DNA of 64,000 nucleotides from a virus, in IMG/VR virus record IMGVR_UViG_3300010367_000050, positions 16,509 to 80,508 of that record, one strand, 5' to 3'. The stretch's first letter is position 1, and each line of letters begins with the position of its first letter. A model generated the notes under the pieces. The model saw nothing but the letters and a program-made list of their open reading frames with translations. It made no database searches and was not told where the DNA came from. The translations under genes and the position numbers were made by a program. Positions 9,537 through 18,987 of this stretch are shown in pieces.

Positions 9537-12500
9537 CTACCATGTCCAATAAATTGAAACATCGATTGTTGGAGCCGTTGCGCAAGTGCCAGAGCTTATA
9601 GCAATCCCATAATAATGTCCGCTTACTGTTGGAGTTACTCCTGATGCTTGGTAAACACCATCGGACGTACCTGTAAACAAGGTTTGTACAGTAGTTGCGG
9701 AACCATATACTGTTGATGGGCTTGTTCCTAAATCCATCAGGTTGATTGTGGGCGCAACCGTACAAGAAATCGAGCCTTCAAGACGCGCGGTGATGAGCGG
9801 TCCAGTAGTACCGACATAGGTCGTATAAAATACATGACCTAGCATCGTTCCAGTTGCAAATACAGCAGGGGAAATAGTTGTACTGACATTCGTACTTATA
9901 AGCCCATTGTTAATTGCGTTTTGAACATATGCAGTTGTTGCAACTAACGTTGAACTATCAGCGCTTGTTTGAGTTGTGGCTGTTGTTCCATTAGGTAGCA
10001 CTGTCGTATCGACAGCATTTAGGTTGGAATCTATTCCGACAATGTGGCCGCTGGTGAAGGTGCCCAACGCACTTAGTAATTTTGTGCCTGTTGTTCCTTG
10101 TACTCCTGTAAGTAGAGTGCTGCGACCAAAGAGTTCCAGACCTGTTTGCTTGAGGCCCCAGAGACGGTTGTTCAAGCTGTCGGAAAACAATGCTAAATAA
10201 CCAGCAAATGAGGAGTCTGGTGATACAAAAATACCGCATCCGCCCGAAGGACAGGCACCACTGCTGCTGTTAGCCTTGATCCTGAAGATGGGAACAGTCC
10301 CAGTCATGAACCCAGTAGAAAAGGCAAAGTCCATGTTTGGATTGTTTGTGGCGGTTACTTGGAAATTGAATGGCTGAAGGCTAAGAACTCGGTCGTTTCC
10401 GTGAGTATTCCCGCACTGGAAAGCGTGAGACCAGCCATTGGTCATAATGTCAAATGAGCAATAATTGGCTCCGTTGGCTGCGTCTTGCGTCTTGATTCTC
10501 CAAGCTCCAGTACCGCCAAGTACGCTTCCCTGGGCGAAGTACACATTGTAGTTGTTGTCTGGAGTTTTGAACCCGGCCACTGTTCCAAAGTCTATTGGAG
10601 TAGCTGGAGAGTTCACTACAAGATAACCTGACGGGTTCCATTTGCTAGCTGTGTAAACTGTGCCAGCGCCACCAGTATCATACATACAAGGATTGGTCTT
10701 TGTATTCGTGTAAAGGGCTGTGTCATAAACCACGATTGGACCAGAATATCCAGCTGTTCGAATCAAAGAGTAATAGAACGCCCCGAGAATGGGTCGAGGT
10801 AGACAAATTTGAATGTAATTGGTTGCACTCAGAGTTGCAGGCCCAGTAGTGACGTTGACTACAGGAGAACAACCACTGGGGTTGAGATTACCGCCTCCAG
10901 CTGCGCAAATCATGTAAGATGCTGAGGTACTTCCTACTGCCGCTGGAGGAATATAAACAGTAGGAGTTGTAAGAGTGTCCGGTTGGGTGACGAGAGCGCC
11001 TTTGCTAATAATTCCACCCAGTGCTGTTATTTGATGAAGTGCAGGATCAAAATACAATCCAACGCCTCCAGTCCTGGTAAACTTTACTGAAGGGGCTGTT
11101 ACGGACCCTTGACCAACTTCAATAGCAGTGAATGCCTTAGTCGCAAAAAGATCCTGCGGCGGAATTCCTCCAACTTGTTGAGCAATCGAATTTAGCAAAG
11201 CTCGCCCACCAGGACCAATGTGGGTGGTAGGGTCACTAACTCCAAATAACAACCTGGTGAGTCCATCATGTGAGTTGGGTTGAGCAAAACCTACATCAAG
11301 AAACATCGCGTTGCCGCTTACGCCACGATTGATCTGGTTTACTTGAGCCATTATTGCTTGATCTAAAGGACCAACCGCGTTTACAGTGGAAGTATTGCCT
11401 GCTTGGTACGCATCAACCCAAACTAAATCTGCGGTGTACGCTCGGCATTGCGTATCCCACCCGTAACCAGCTGCGTTACAAGCTGTCGATGTGCCATAGG
11501 TAGCTGCTTTGGTTACGTGTTGAGCGTTTGTGCGATCGTAGTCCTTTTGGAAGTAGGTTTCGATTCCATTCCCAGCTTCAGTCCTGTTATCGAAGTACTG
11601 CACATACGTTGTGTCTGGAATTGGCATTCCATTGTACCACGGAGCAGTATACGAGTCTGGAGCCGCAAACAAGCTATCATAGCTCGAACCGCCGAAGCCC
11701 ATGTCTTCAATAACAATACCACTCTGGTTAGGGTTGTAAAGACCAAATCCCACGATCTTCACCGCATCGCCAGAGTTTGTTACCTTCACATAGCCAATTC
11801 CATCATGAGTGACCCTAGCTTCTTGAATGCTTATGTTTGATGTGAGAAGATTCCCCCATGTTGGCAATGAACCAGTACAACTTCCCCCGGTTACAGTTAT
11901 GGTAGATGTGTATGGGTTATATCCACTGCCCTGACTGGTAACAGTGACATGATCAATCTGACCTAGAGAATTAGGAAACGCAGTACCAACGAATCCTGTG
12001 CCTCCAGTAGCTCCAAGAGTGAGTGTTCCACATCCAGACCCGCTGCCTACACCAAGCACTCCAACAGCAACAATACCTCCAGTAGCAGCGCATGAACTTG
12101 GTTGGGTGCTAGAGAGAGTTTCGTTGAAATAGTTGAGACCGTCAGAAGACGTTTGAATATTGATGGTAGATGGCTTACCGTCGCACAGATAGAAGACGGA
12201 AGCCTGCTGCATATTGCGCTGTCGTGTATCTGTGCCCATTTGCGCTGAAACAAGATTGAATGTCAGAGTACCAGTAGTACTGGACGAACCCAGGATAAGG
12301 GACGAACCATTTGGAGTTGTGGGGTCTGGTGCCCCGTTAGGGGAAAGCGTTACAGAACCACTGGTACCGGAATTCAGATTGATTGAGCCCTGACCGAGTC
12401 CATAGAAACCTTCATTGTTAGCTCCACCAGTATGCGCTGTACTAGTGAAATATCCAGCTACACCCAATCCAAAAGACTGCTGCATAATGGAATAAAAGGT

Positions 12501-13331
12501 TGCAAAAGCACTTACGGAGTCACCGTGAAATCTAACAGCCCACTGAACAAGGGAGGGTATTCCTGTGATAGAGGGAGTTACGCCGTTGTTGAGGAGATCA
12601 ATCCAGTGGGACTTGATGGTCCCCTCACGCGGGTAATAATCTTTGCGTTGAGTGGTAGGCTGGAAAAAGTTATTGCCTCGACTTCCAAACGTCTTCCCAG
12701 CGCGGTCATCCACAACCTGTGTCGTGCATGTTGGCGTCATGTAGTTTGGAGTATTGTCAACTGTATCAGTAACAGTTGAGTTCGCAGGTACATACACATT
12801 CAAATTTGTGGCTGGTGCGCAAGCTGCTGTGTAAGCCGCTTGGATAGTGGCGTATGTTACGCCATCAGCTATTACCAGTCCTAATGCCGAAGTTGAACCT
12901 CCATTGGATGTTGAAATAACGTTGTACCCGGAGGTATCCGAAAAGGCCACTCCACTCTGTCCGTTAGCAAAGACAGCAGATGAGCCCGTTGTAGCCTTGA
13001 CGCACACATTCTTACCGCCCAGTGTATTGTTCTTGACGTACACCGCCCTGCCAGGAGAGATTGGAAGAATCAAGCACCTGTCTGCAGTCAAAGAGACAGA
13101 GCTTGAAACGATGAAGGTGCCACGGAAGGGTCCGTCAGCGGCAGGAACAGTGCATCCGCTGGGAGATACGATATCGCAATCCGCATTGCCAATCACAATA
13201 GACGACAACCCGTGATCGCTGTCCGTGGGCGAGTTTACTGTTGAGTGGGCACTCAAGCCGATACCCTGAGCATAGCTCATTGTCCCAGCAAAGGCCAACA
13301 GCAGAGCAAGAAATAATTTGCGCATTTTCAC
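9537..13331 (-). CDS. Large tailspike/fibre-like protein with signal peptide and putative SGNH-esterase domain
   Basis: MRKLFLALLLAFAGTMSYA-Q leader; LTADRCLILP...YVKNNTLGG fibre N-domain; FHGDS / GFGGSS / YFDN / DPTTH SGNH-like blocks; ADSSTLVATTAYVQNA fibre motif. Confidence 0.75.
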   Translation of the reverse strand: MKMRKLFLALLLAFAGTMSYAQGIGLSAHSTVNSPTDSDHGLSSIVIGNADCDIVSPSGCTVPAADGPFRGTFIVSSSVSLTADRCLILPISPGRAVYVKNNTLGGKNVCVKATTGSSAVFANGQSGVAFSDTSGYNVISTSNGGSTSALGLVIADGVTYATIQAAYTAACAPATNLNVYVPANSTVTDTVDNTPNYMTPTCTTQVVDDRAGKTFGSRGNNFFQPTTQRKDYYPREGTIKSHWIDLLNNGVTPSITGIPSLVQWAVRFHGDSVSAFATFYSIMQQSFGLGVAGYFTSTAHTGGANNEGFYGLGQGSINLNSGTSGSVTLSPNGAPDPTTPNGSSLILGSSSTTGTLTFNLVSAQMGTDTRQRNMQQASVFYLCDGKPSTINIQTSSDGLNYFNETLSSTQPSSCAATGGIVAVGVLGVGSGSGCGTLTLGATGGTGFVGTAFPNSLGQIDHVTVTSQGSGYNPYTSTITVTGGSCTGSLPTWGNLLTSNISIQEARVTHDGIGYVKVTNSGDAVKIVGFGLYNPNQSGIVIEDMGFGGSSYDSLFAAPDSYTAPWYNGMPIPDTTYVQYFDNRTEAGNGIETYFQKDYDRTNAQHVTKAATYGTSTACNAAGYGWDTQCRAYTADLVWVDAYQAGNTSTVNAVGPLDQAIMAQVNQINRGVSGNAMFLDVGFAQPNSHDGLTRLLFGVSDPTTHIGPGGRALLNSIAQQVGGIPPQDLFATKAFTAIEVGQGSVTAPSVKFTRTGGVGLYFDPALHQITALGGIISKGALVTQPDTLTTPTVYIPPAAVGSTSASYMICAAGGGNLNPSGCSPVVNVTTGPATLSATNYIQICLPRPILGAFYYSLIRTAGYSGPIVVYDTALYTNTKTNPCMYDTGGAGTVYTASKWNPSGYLVVNSPATPIDFGTVAGFKTPDNNYNVYFAQGSVLGGTGAWRIKTQDAANGANYCSFDIMTNGWSHAFQCGNTHGNDRVLSLQPFNFQVTATNNPNMDFAFSTGFMTGTVPIFRIKANSSSGACPSGGCGIFVSPDSSFAGYLALFSDSLNNRLWGLKQTGLELFGRSTLLTGVQGTTGTKLLSALGTFTSGHIVGIDSNLNAVDTTVLPNGTTATTQTSADSSTLVATTAYVQNAINNGLISTNVSTTISPAVFATGTMLGHVFYTTYVGTTGPLITARLEGSISCTVAPTINLMDLGTSPSTVYGSATTVQTLFTGTSDGVYQASGVTPTVSGHYYGIAISSGTCATAPTIDVSIYWTW

Positions 13332-13340
13332 AATTCCCCT

Positions 13341-14465
13341 TTAGTTATTTGGCCTCGGGCTATAGGACCCAGAGATGTAAGTATTGACAGTTGCGTACAG
13401 GCACATACCCACCGAATCGCTGTGTTGATTGGTGAACGTGAATGAAGTGCCAGAGTCCATAACGAGAGCAAACCCCGATACTGTGTCTGTCCATGATGAG
13501 TGGGTACAGCTGCCCGGAGTCGCAACGTAAATCTTCTGACCTCCAGTTGGAGAGTATGGACCGTACACCTTGTTTACAACAGTCGTTACTACCCCAGCGT
13601 CTGTCAGAGTTCCCGACGTGTTTAGAGTACAGTTGTTGCTACTGGCAGAACACGAGGTGGCTCCAGTAGTTCCAACTCCACCGAACGTACGGGCGTTCCA
13701 ACTTACAGTCGTTGATTGTGTCTTGGGAACTCCGTTCCCGGTCGCGTTCAGGGTGAACGTTGTTGAACTCGCTGAATGTTTTACAAATGAGCCTGTTACC
13801 GAGCCGCTGGTGAACGGGCTACTGAGAGTTGTAGGAGAACTGATGCTGTCGGTATTGGTGATGGTAGCGACCGTTGGCGTCACCGAATACGCTGCGCTGA
13901 ACGTTGGATTTGTCAGCGTTGTTCCAATCTCCAGCAACGTTGTAGGCGTCGTAAAGCTGTTGATGGTGAACGACGGACCTGACGAAATTGTGGTGGTACC
14001 CCCACCAGTGGAGATAGCAATGCCGTCACCGGCTACCAAGTTAGGAACATGATTGTCCACATATTGCTTCGTGGTCGCTTGCAACCCCGTAGTTGGGTCA
14101 GCAGGCAGCACAATTGCTCCGGTCATAGTACCACCAGCCAACGGCAAGTAGCCTGCAATGGTTCCGCTGAAGGAGCCAGTGAGAAGGCTCAGATTTCCGC
14201 TTTGATCAATGGACAAAAGGTGGGTTCCGTCATTCTTGTCGATGTAGAAGGTTCCTGAATTGCGCAACCTCCACGGAGCGGAATTGTCTCCTGTGAGATA
14301 GCCTTCCAGCATCGTCATATTGCCATTGGCCACCACATCCCAATTTGGGTAGCCTTTGGGTGGTATGTAGAACTTCAACTTGGGAGTCTGGTACTGAGGC
14401 CCAAGCTGCGCCTGGGCTGATAACAGACCAAACAATAGTGTGATGGCAAATACAATCCGTCGCAT
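13341..14465 (-). CDS. Tail fibre-like protein with signal peptide
   Basis: MRRIVFAITLLFGLLSAQA-Q leader; TPKLKFYIP...NWDVVANGNMTMLE and YLPLAGGTMTGAI...ATTKQYVD fibre motifs; Thr/Ser-rich beta C-terminus. Confidence 0.78.
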   Translation of the reverse strand: MRRIVFAITLLFGLLSAQAQLGPQYQTPKLKFYIPPKGYPNWDVVANGNMTMLEGYLTGDNSAPWRLRNSGTFYIDKNDGTHLLSIDQSGNLSLLTGSFSGTIAGYLPLAGGTMTGAIVLPADPTTGLQATTKQYVDNHVPNLVAGDGIAISTGGGTTTISSGPSFTINSFTTPTTLLEIGTTLTNPTFSAAYSVTPTVATITNTDSISSPTTLSSPFTSGSVTGSFVKHSASSTTFTLNATGNGVPKTQSTTVSWNARTFGGVGTTGATSCSASSNNCTLNTSGTLTDAGVVTTVVNKVYGPYSPTGGQKIYVATPGSCTHSSWTDTVSGFALVMDSGTSFTFTNQHSDSVGMCLYATVNTYISGSYSPRPNN

Positions 14466-14521
14466 GGACTCTCCTTTGAGTCAGGTCTGACGGAGAGTAG
14501 GACACGCTGTCAATCAACAGA

Positions 14522-14986
14522 TTAGGACGTTGTAGTGCCGCCCAAAGTGCTTACACCGAGTCTCCAGCAGTACTCTAGGTCCACACGGATAGTCACGTTT
14601 GCCCCGGTGAGATAACGGATTGCTGAGATCATACCCTGCTTCGTACCCCTGCGAGCATAGATGTCTGTCAACTGTTCCAGCTTGTTGCCAGCTTTCCAGC
14701 GTTCAGGAGTCATGAATGGAAACGGGGTGCCCAGCTTTTGAGCATTGTACGGGATGAAGTCCACGGGCGAATTTCTGACAACGCCGATCTGGCTCAATAG
14801 AACAGTAGCATCCTGTACCTCTTGTTGCTGGGAAGTGTACGCTTCAGCAAAATCCACAAGAGACCCGTCGTCCACTGTGATGTAGATTCCAGGTATGATC
14901 TCAAGTATGTCAATGGGGGTTGCTGAATAGCCCCCATAGCCACCTTCGCCCCATCCGCCCTCGCCCCATCCGCTTTGTGGTGTCAT
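14522..14986 (-). CDS. Baseplate wedge P2 gpI-like protein, N-terminal half
   Basis: Directly after baseplate J; FIPYNAQKLG and IYARRGTKQGM motifs; ends WRLGVSTLGGTT; starts GWGEGGWGEGGYGG. Confidence 0.8.
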   Translation of the reverse strand: MTPQSGWGEGGWGEGGYGGYSATPIDILEIIPGIYITVDDGSLVDFAEAYTSQQQEVQDATVLLSQIGVVRNSPVDFIPYNAQKLGTPFPFMTPERWKAGNKLEQLTDIYARRGTKQGMISAIRYLTGANVTIRVDLEYCWRLGVSTLGGTTTS

Positions 14987-16413
14987 GAGAAAGTAACCGT
15001 CCCCAATACTGGAAATTCATTTACAGCTAGCTGTGTATCAGCAGGAGCAAGAATGGCAAGATTGCGAACCCCAGCAAGTTGCTGAAGAATGGCGATCTGA
15101 ACAGATGTATAGATTCCCATACCGAACTCGGGTTTGAATCCGGAGTACCCATTGACTGGATCATACGCTGGATCATACATATTGATGAGAGCCTGGCGGA
15201 TCACATTCTGTACGCTAACCTGTGTATAGCCTGTAGACACATTCAGCTGAATGTTGTAGTTCATCGTCCTGTACGTCGGGCCCATAACCACGATCTCATG
15301 GCCAAGCACAACTGGCTTCGTCACTGTTAGCAGAGTGATTACGTCAGACTTCAACTGATCTGAAGGTTGTCCACCGCCCACCGGAACAATAAACACTTCA
15401 ATCATCTGACGTGGCAAGCTGGAAAGCGTCTTCCAGTTCACGGCCTGAGCTACCTGAACTCCAGGAATCTGAGTCACGGCGGACTCAATGTCGTCCAAAG
15501 TCAGCAGGGCTTGCGGAACCCGCAGATTGTCTACTGCGTGATAACGTACCTGATCCATGGTTTCCACATCGCCACCCGGAGTAGCCGCAAGAGCATTGAT
15601 AGCCGTCAAACTCAAGGGCTGAGCGCTGCCAGCATCGTTGACGTCAGATACGGCATTGGTCAGCTGCTGAGCACCAATGGCTCCTTTGGATCCACCTCCT
15701 GTTTTGTATGACATTTGGATGTTGGCATTCACAGGCGGCTTCTTGCCAGTAGCTCCATTTCCAAAGATAACTGTCGACACGCCGTTTGAATTGGTATAGG
15801 TCGAGTAATGCGTGTCTGTAGCAAGGGAGTCGACAAAGTTTTTCACGAATGTCCAAGTTACCCCATTGACAACGACAACCACTTCGTCCGGCATAACAGG
15901 GTAGTTGGTTAGATCGTACATCTGGTTAGCAGCACCAGTGCCGGTTGCGTTGTCAGTATATGACACCCACTGCTTCATCAAGACAGCGTCTGATAGTGTG
16001 GCTCCGGCACGAATTACAACGGGCTCAGTGGTCTCATACACAATCCCAGGCAGGGTGGTGTTGAACTGAGTTCCGGCGGGAATTTCTGTATCTGCCGTGA
16101 CTGCTGTTGCTGACTGAATCACCGCTGAAACATAGGAGGGTGTTTGCCAGCGTGGCGTGTATCCAAGGCCACGAGCGTGAGCAAACACATTCCTTGGATC
16201 CAATGCCTCCATGATGAAAGCTTCACGGGCCATACGATTGATGTATGCGAAGTTCATCTCTGCTACCATAGAGATGGCTTCAAGCAACATGATCATATTG
16301 TTGGAGTCTTGGTTGTCGGTCCACTCCGGAAACTTGATGGTGAGGCGTGCGATCAACTCCTGAAGGAGACTGTCAGCAGTAACTGATGTCAAAGGAAGCT
16401 GGTCAACTGGCAT
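14983..16413 (-). CDS. Baseplate J-like wedge protein
   Basis: FPEWTD, ARGLGYTP, IPAGTQF, IFGNGATGKKPP, YKTGGGSKG, GGDVET motifs. Confidence 0.92.
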   Translation of the reverse strand: MPVDQLPLTSVTADSLLQELIARLTIKFPEWTDNQDSNNMIMLLEAISMVAEMNFAYINRMAREAFIMEALDPRNVFAHARGLGYTPRWQTPSYVSAVIQSATAVTADTEIPAGTQFNTTLPGIVYETTEPVVIRAGATLSDAVLMKQWVSYTDNATGTGAANQMYDLTNYPVMPDEVVVVVNGVTWTFVKNFVDSLATDTHYSTYTNSNGVSTVIFGNGATGKKPPVNANIQMSYKTGGGSKGAIGAQQLTNAVSDVNDAGSAQPLSLTAINALAATPGGDVETMDQVRYHAVDNLRVPQALLTLDDIESAVTQIPGVQVAQAVNWKTLSSLPRQMIEVFIVPVGGGQPSDQLKSDVITLLTVTKPVVLGHEIVVMGPTYRTMNYNIQLNVSTGYTQVSVQNVIRQALINMYDPAYDPVNGYSGFKPEFGMGIYTSVQIAILQQLAGVRNLAILAPADTQLAVNEFPVLGTVTFS

Positions 16414-16422
16414 GAAGGACTC

Positions 16423-16821
16423 CTACAGAGAGAATTGAACCTGCGTGTTTGCTGTGGACTCCGTAAAGTCCGGATTGATAACTGTGTAGTTGATGGTGAT
16501 ATTGAAGTTGTTGGAAGTATCTGTATCAATGGTTATGTCAGACGCTTCAACCTTGACCCTGGGCTCCCATTTCTTGATAGCTTCCAGTATTAGGTTTGTA
16601 ATCAATTGCTTGGTCGAATCCGAGGTGTCCTCAAACTGCATACGGCACACGCGGCAGCCGAATGTGGGATTCCAAGGACGCTCTCCAGGAAACGTTTGGA
16701 GAATCTGCAACAATGAGGAGTTGATCAATGCAATAGTATTATTGCGGACATAGGTCAACCTGCCTACCGCAGCCTTGCTGATCATCGGAAATGGGAATCC
16801 AGACTGTTGACTCAGACTCAT
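16423..16821 (-). CDS. gp25/GPW-like baseplate protein
   Basis: ILQTFPGERPWNPTFGC...IKKWEPRV. Confidence 0.93.
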   Translation of the reverse strand: MSLSQQSGFPFPMISKAAVGRLTYVRNNTIALINSSLLQILQTFPGERPWNPTFGCRVCRMQFEDTSDSTKQLITNLILEAIKKWEPRVKVEASDITIDTDTSNNFNITINYTVINPDFTESTANTQVQFSL

Positions 16822-16842
16822 ATGGACCTCGTTGGATTATAT

Positions 16843-17430
16843 CTACACCATGCTAATAATGAGACCGCTCCGCACAGTAATCACCTTCCCACTAGCCGTA
16901 AACACGCCGCTGGCTCCGGTAGCAAAGTCGGCGTTACCCTCCACGGATAGCTCGCCGGTTAGCGAGAGGTCACCATTTATAGAGAGATTCCCTTCCACTT
17001 GAATTCCTGCCGTAGCGACCTTGATGGACGTTTCCTCTACCCGTAACGTGATAGAATTATCAGAACGGTCTAGTACAATCCTAGCGCCCTCTTTGGTAAT
17101 CAAGAGAATCTTGGAATTGGAAGCCTCGTCAGGGCTTTCTCCGGTACCCCACCACCCGCCAGACCAGAGCGGATATTCGGCTCTGCCATGATCAAACTCT
17201 ACGTACACCCAGTCTCCAACATCTGGAATATGCCATAATGAGAACGCGCCGGCAGCAGAGGCTATTGGTAGAGCCCACGTGTCAGGGTAGTCTTGAATGC
17301 CATGAACTTGTGGACAGTGCACCTTGATACGTCCAAGGTTGTTCGGGTCACTGTTATCAATAACTTTGGCCCTGTACTTGCCGTAGAACAGCCCACAATA
17401 CTCTAGGCCATGTATAATCTCTTGGCTCAT
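16843..17430 (-). CDS. Baseplate central spike, gp5/gpV OB-fold
   Basis: YRAKVIDNSDPNNLGRIKV...IPDVGDWVYVEFDHG...PLWSG. Confidence 0.92.
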   Translation of the reverse strand: MSQEIIHGLEYCGLFYGKYRAKVIDNSDPNNLGRIKVHCPQVHGIQDYPDTWALPIASAAGAFSLWHIPDVGDWVYVEFDHGRAEYPLWSGGWWGTGESPDEASNSKILLITKEGARIVLDRSDNSITLRVEETSIKVATAGIQVEGNLSINGDLSLTGELSVEGNADFATGASGVFTASGKVITVRSGLIISMV

Positions 17431-18683
17431 TTGATTGATCCTGTCTCTGCGTCCACGCTGACAGTCCTGTCTTTGGACTTGGTGTTTGAAGGCAGCTGCT
17501 TGTTCAAGGGTTCCTTGTTCTTCTCGCCGGTCTTGGTGTTATTACCGTGACGGGCTAACTCAAACTGAGTTGTAAATCCGGATTCTTGTCCTATGCGATG
17601 TTCCACGCAGCAAGTGTACCAATTTCCTGAATCGCGCTTGGCCAGGCCTCGCACGTGTACAATATCCCGAGCTTTGGCCGAAGGGATGCCCTCTGTATAA
17701 ATAGTTAGCTCACCTTTCTTCTTGCGTTTCTTGGTAAGCTCTCCTGTTGCCATAGCAGCTGTGTTATTGCCGAAGTAGTCTGGAGTGGACATCACGTTCC
17801 CGACATCAGGAGGAATTTGTGAGATGTCAGTCTTGGATAATTCTGTCCATTTCAGAGCACCAGACTTGTAATTCTTGCCTTGAGCAGTTGTAGGGCTGGG
17901 CGAAGTTAGCCACGAATGTCCGTCCTCCCCGGAGATAGCCAAGGCCCTCGTGTCTCCTGATCCTTGACCTTTCACCACTTCCTTGGTGTATGGATTGATG
18001 CTTATGGCAGTAGTGGCGTTGTCGCCAAGAGACTTCTTGGCGTCCACATTCACAGTGGCAGTAAGTATGTTGCTATCCTCGCCCTGGCCAAACACAAGTT
18101 CCAATCTTGGCACGGCTCCATAGTCTCGACGAGCAAACACAATAGTGTCATTTTCAAAGGATAGCTGATATCCAAACCTATCTGCTAACACCCGGAGAAC
18201 TTGTCTATCGCTCCAGTTGGCGTGGGAGAAGGCTGGAACACGTTCAGAGCCTCCTGAGATGCTACTGTTCAATCCATTGCGAGCAGCAATCTCAGACACG
18301 ATGTTGCGCAAAGAGGTTTCGCCATAGCTCTTTTGTGCTCTACGCGCTGCCAAAGTAGCTGACTTGGTGGTCGCCTTGATATGGCTGTAGATACCATCCA
18401 TGGAGTAATGAGTGGATGGCTTCATGATTACATATCCAGAGCGTTCAGCGCTGAGGTCACCTCCGGTGTACCCCCATTTGATTCCAAGAATTCCTCCCAC
18501 CTTGATGATAGCAGAATCGGCAATCTTGAATTTGGAGTCTTCACAAATCAGGGTAACCTCATTGTCACCTTCGTCTTCATCACGCACGTGTACCTCTTCC
18601 AACTGTAAATCTGCTGGAAGAAAAAGGTGCCCGTCAATAGTGACGAACACCTCGACTCCTGAGAAACCTTTATATGTTGGCAT
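17427..18683 (-). CDS. Baseplate hub, gpD/gp27-like
   Basis: WGY, IVSEIAARNGL, SDRQVLRVLADRFGY, SGNWYTCCVEH...GFTT. Confidence 0.88.
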   Translation of the reverse strand: MPTYKGFSGVEVFVTIDGHLFLPADLQLEEVHVRDEDEGDNEVTLICEDSKFKIADSAIIKVGGILGIKWGYTGGDLSAERSGYVIMKPSTHYSMDGIYSHIKATTKSATLAARRAQKSYGETSLRNIVSEIAARNGLNSSISGGSERVPAFSHANWSDRQVLRVLADRFGYQLSFENDTIVFARRDYGAVPRLELVFGQGEDSNILTATVNVDAKKSLGDNATTAISINPYTKEVVKGQGSGDTRALAISGEDGHSWLTSPSPTTAQGKNYKSGALKWTELSKTDISQIPPDVGNVMSTPDYFGNNTAAMATGELTKKRKKKGELTIYTEGIPSAKARDIVHVRGLAKRDSGNWYTCCVEHRIGQESGFTTQFELARHGNNTKTGEKNKEPLNKQLPSNTKSKDRTVSVDAETGSIK

Positions 18684-18987
18684 CCAACACCTCCATCTCC
18701 ACGGCTCGTTGGCTGGGGATGCGTAAGGTGACGCCTACAGGTAGAAACAAAGGATGGTCCAATAACTGTGAAGCGTTAGAGTCATAGATGACCCACCACA
18801 ATCTTACATCCTTGTAAAACTTGTAAGCAAGCACCGGCAGACGGTCACCTAGCTTAGTGACATACTGGATGTCATCCACGCGTTGCTGCTCCAACAGTGG
18901 AACCCGTGTGCTGAACTCCAGGCTTCCATTCACGTTCAAAAGTGGACACCGGCTCGGAAGCTCATAAACTGAAATGTTCAAACTCAT
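18670..18987 (-). CDS. LysM-like/gpX-like baseplate protein
   Basis: GDRLPVLAYKFYKDVRLWWVIYDSN...GVTLRIP. Confidence 0.88.
   Translation of the reverse strand: MSLNISVYELPSRCPLLNVNGSLEFSTRVPLLEQQRVDDIQYVTKLGDRLPVLAYKFYKDVRLWWVIYDSNASQLLDHPLFLPVGVTLRIPSQRAVEMEVLDANI

Noticed and set aside
9446-14521. Fibre cassette as an intron, invertible segment or mobile element
   Set aside because: No intron core, recombinase, terminal repeats or target duplication seen; the downstream half has its own start and SD.
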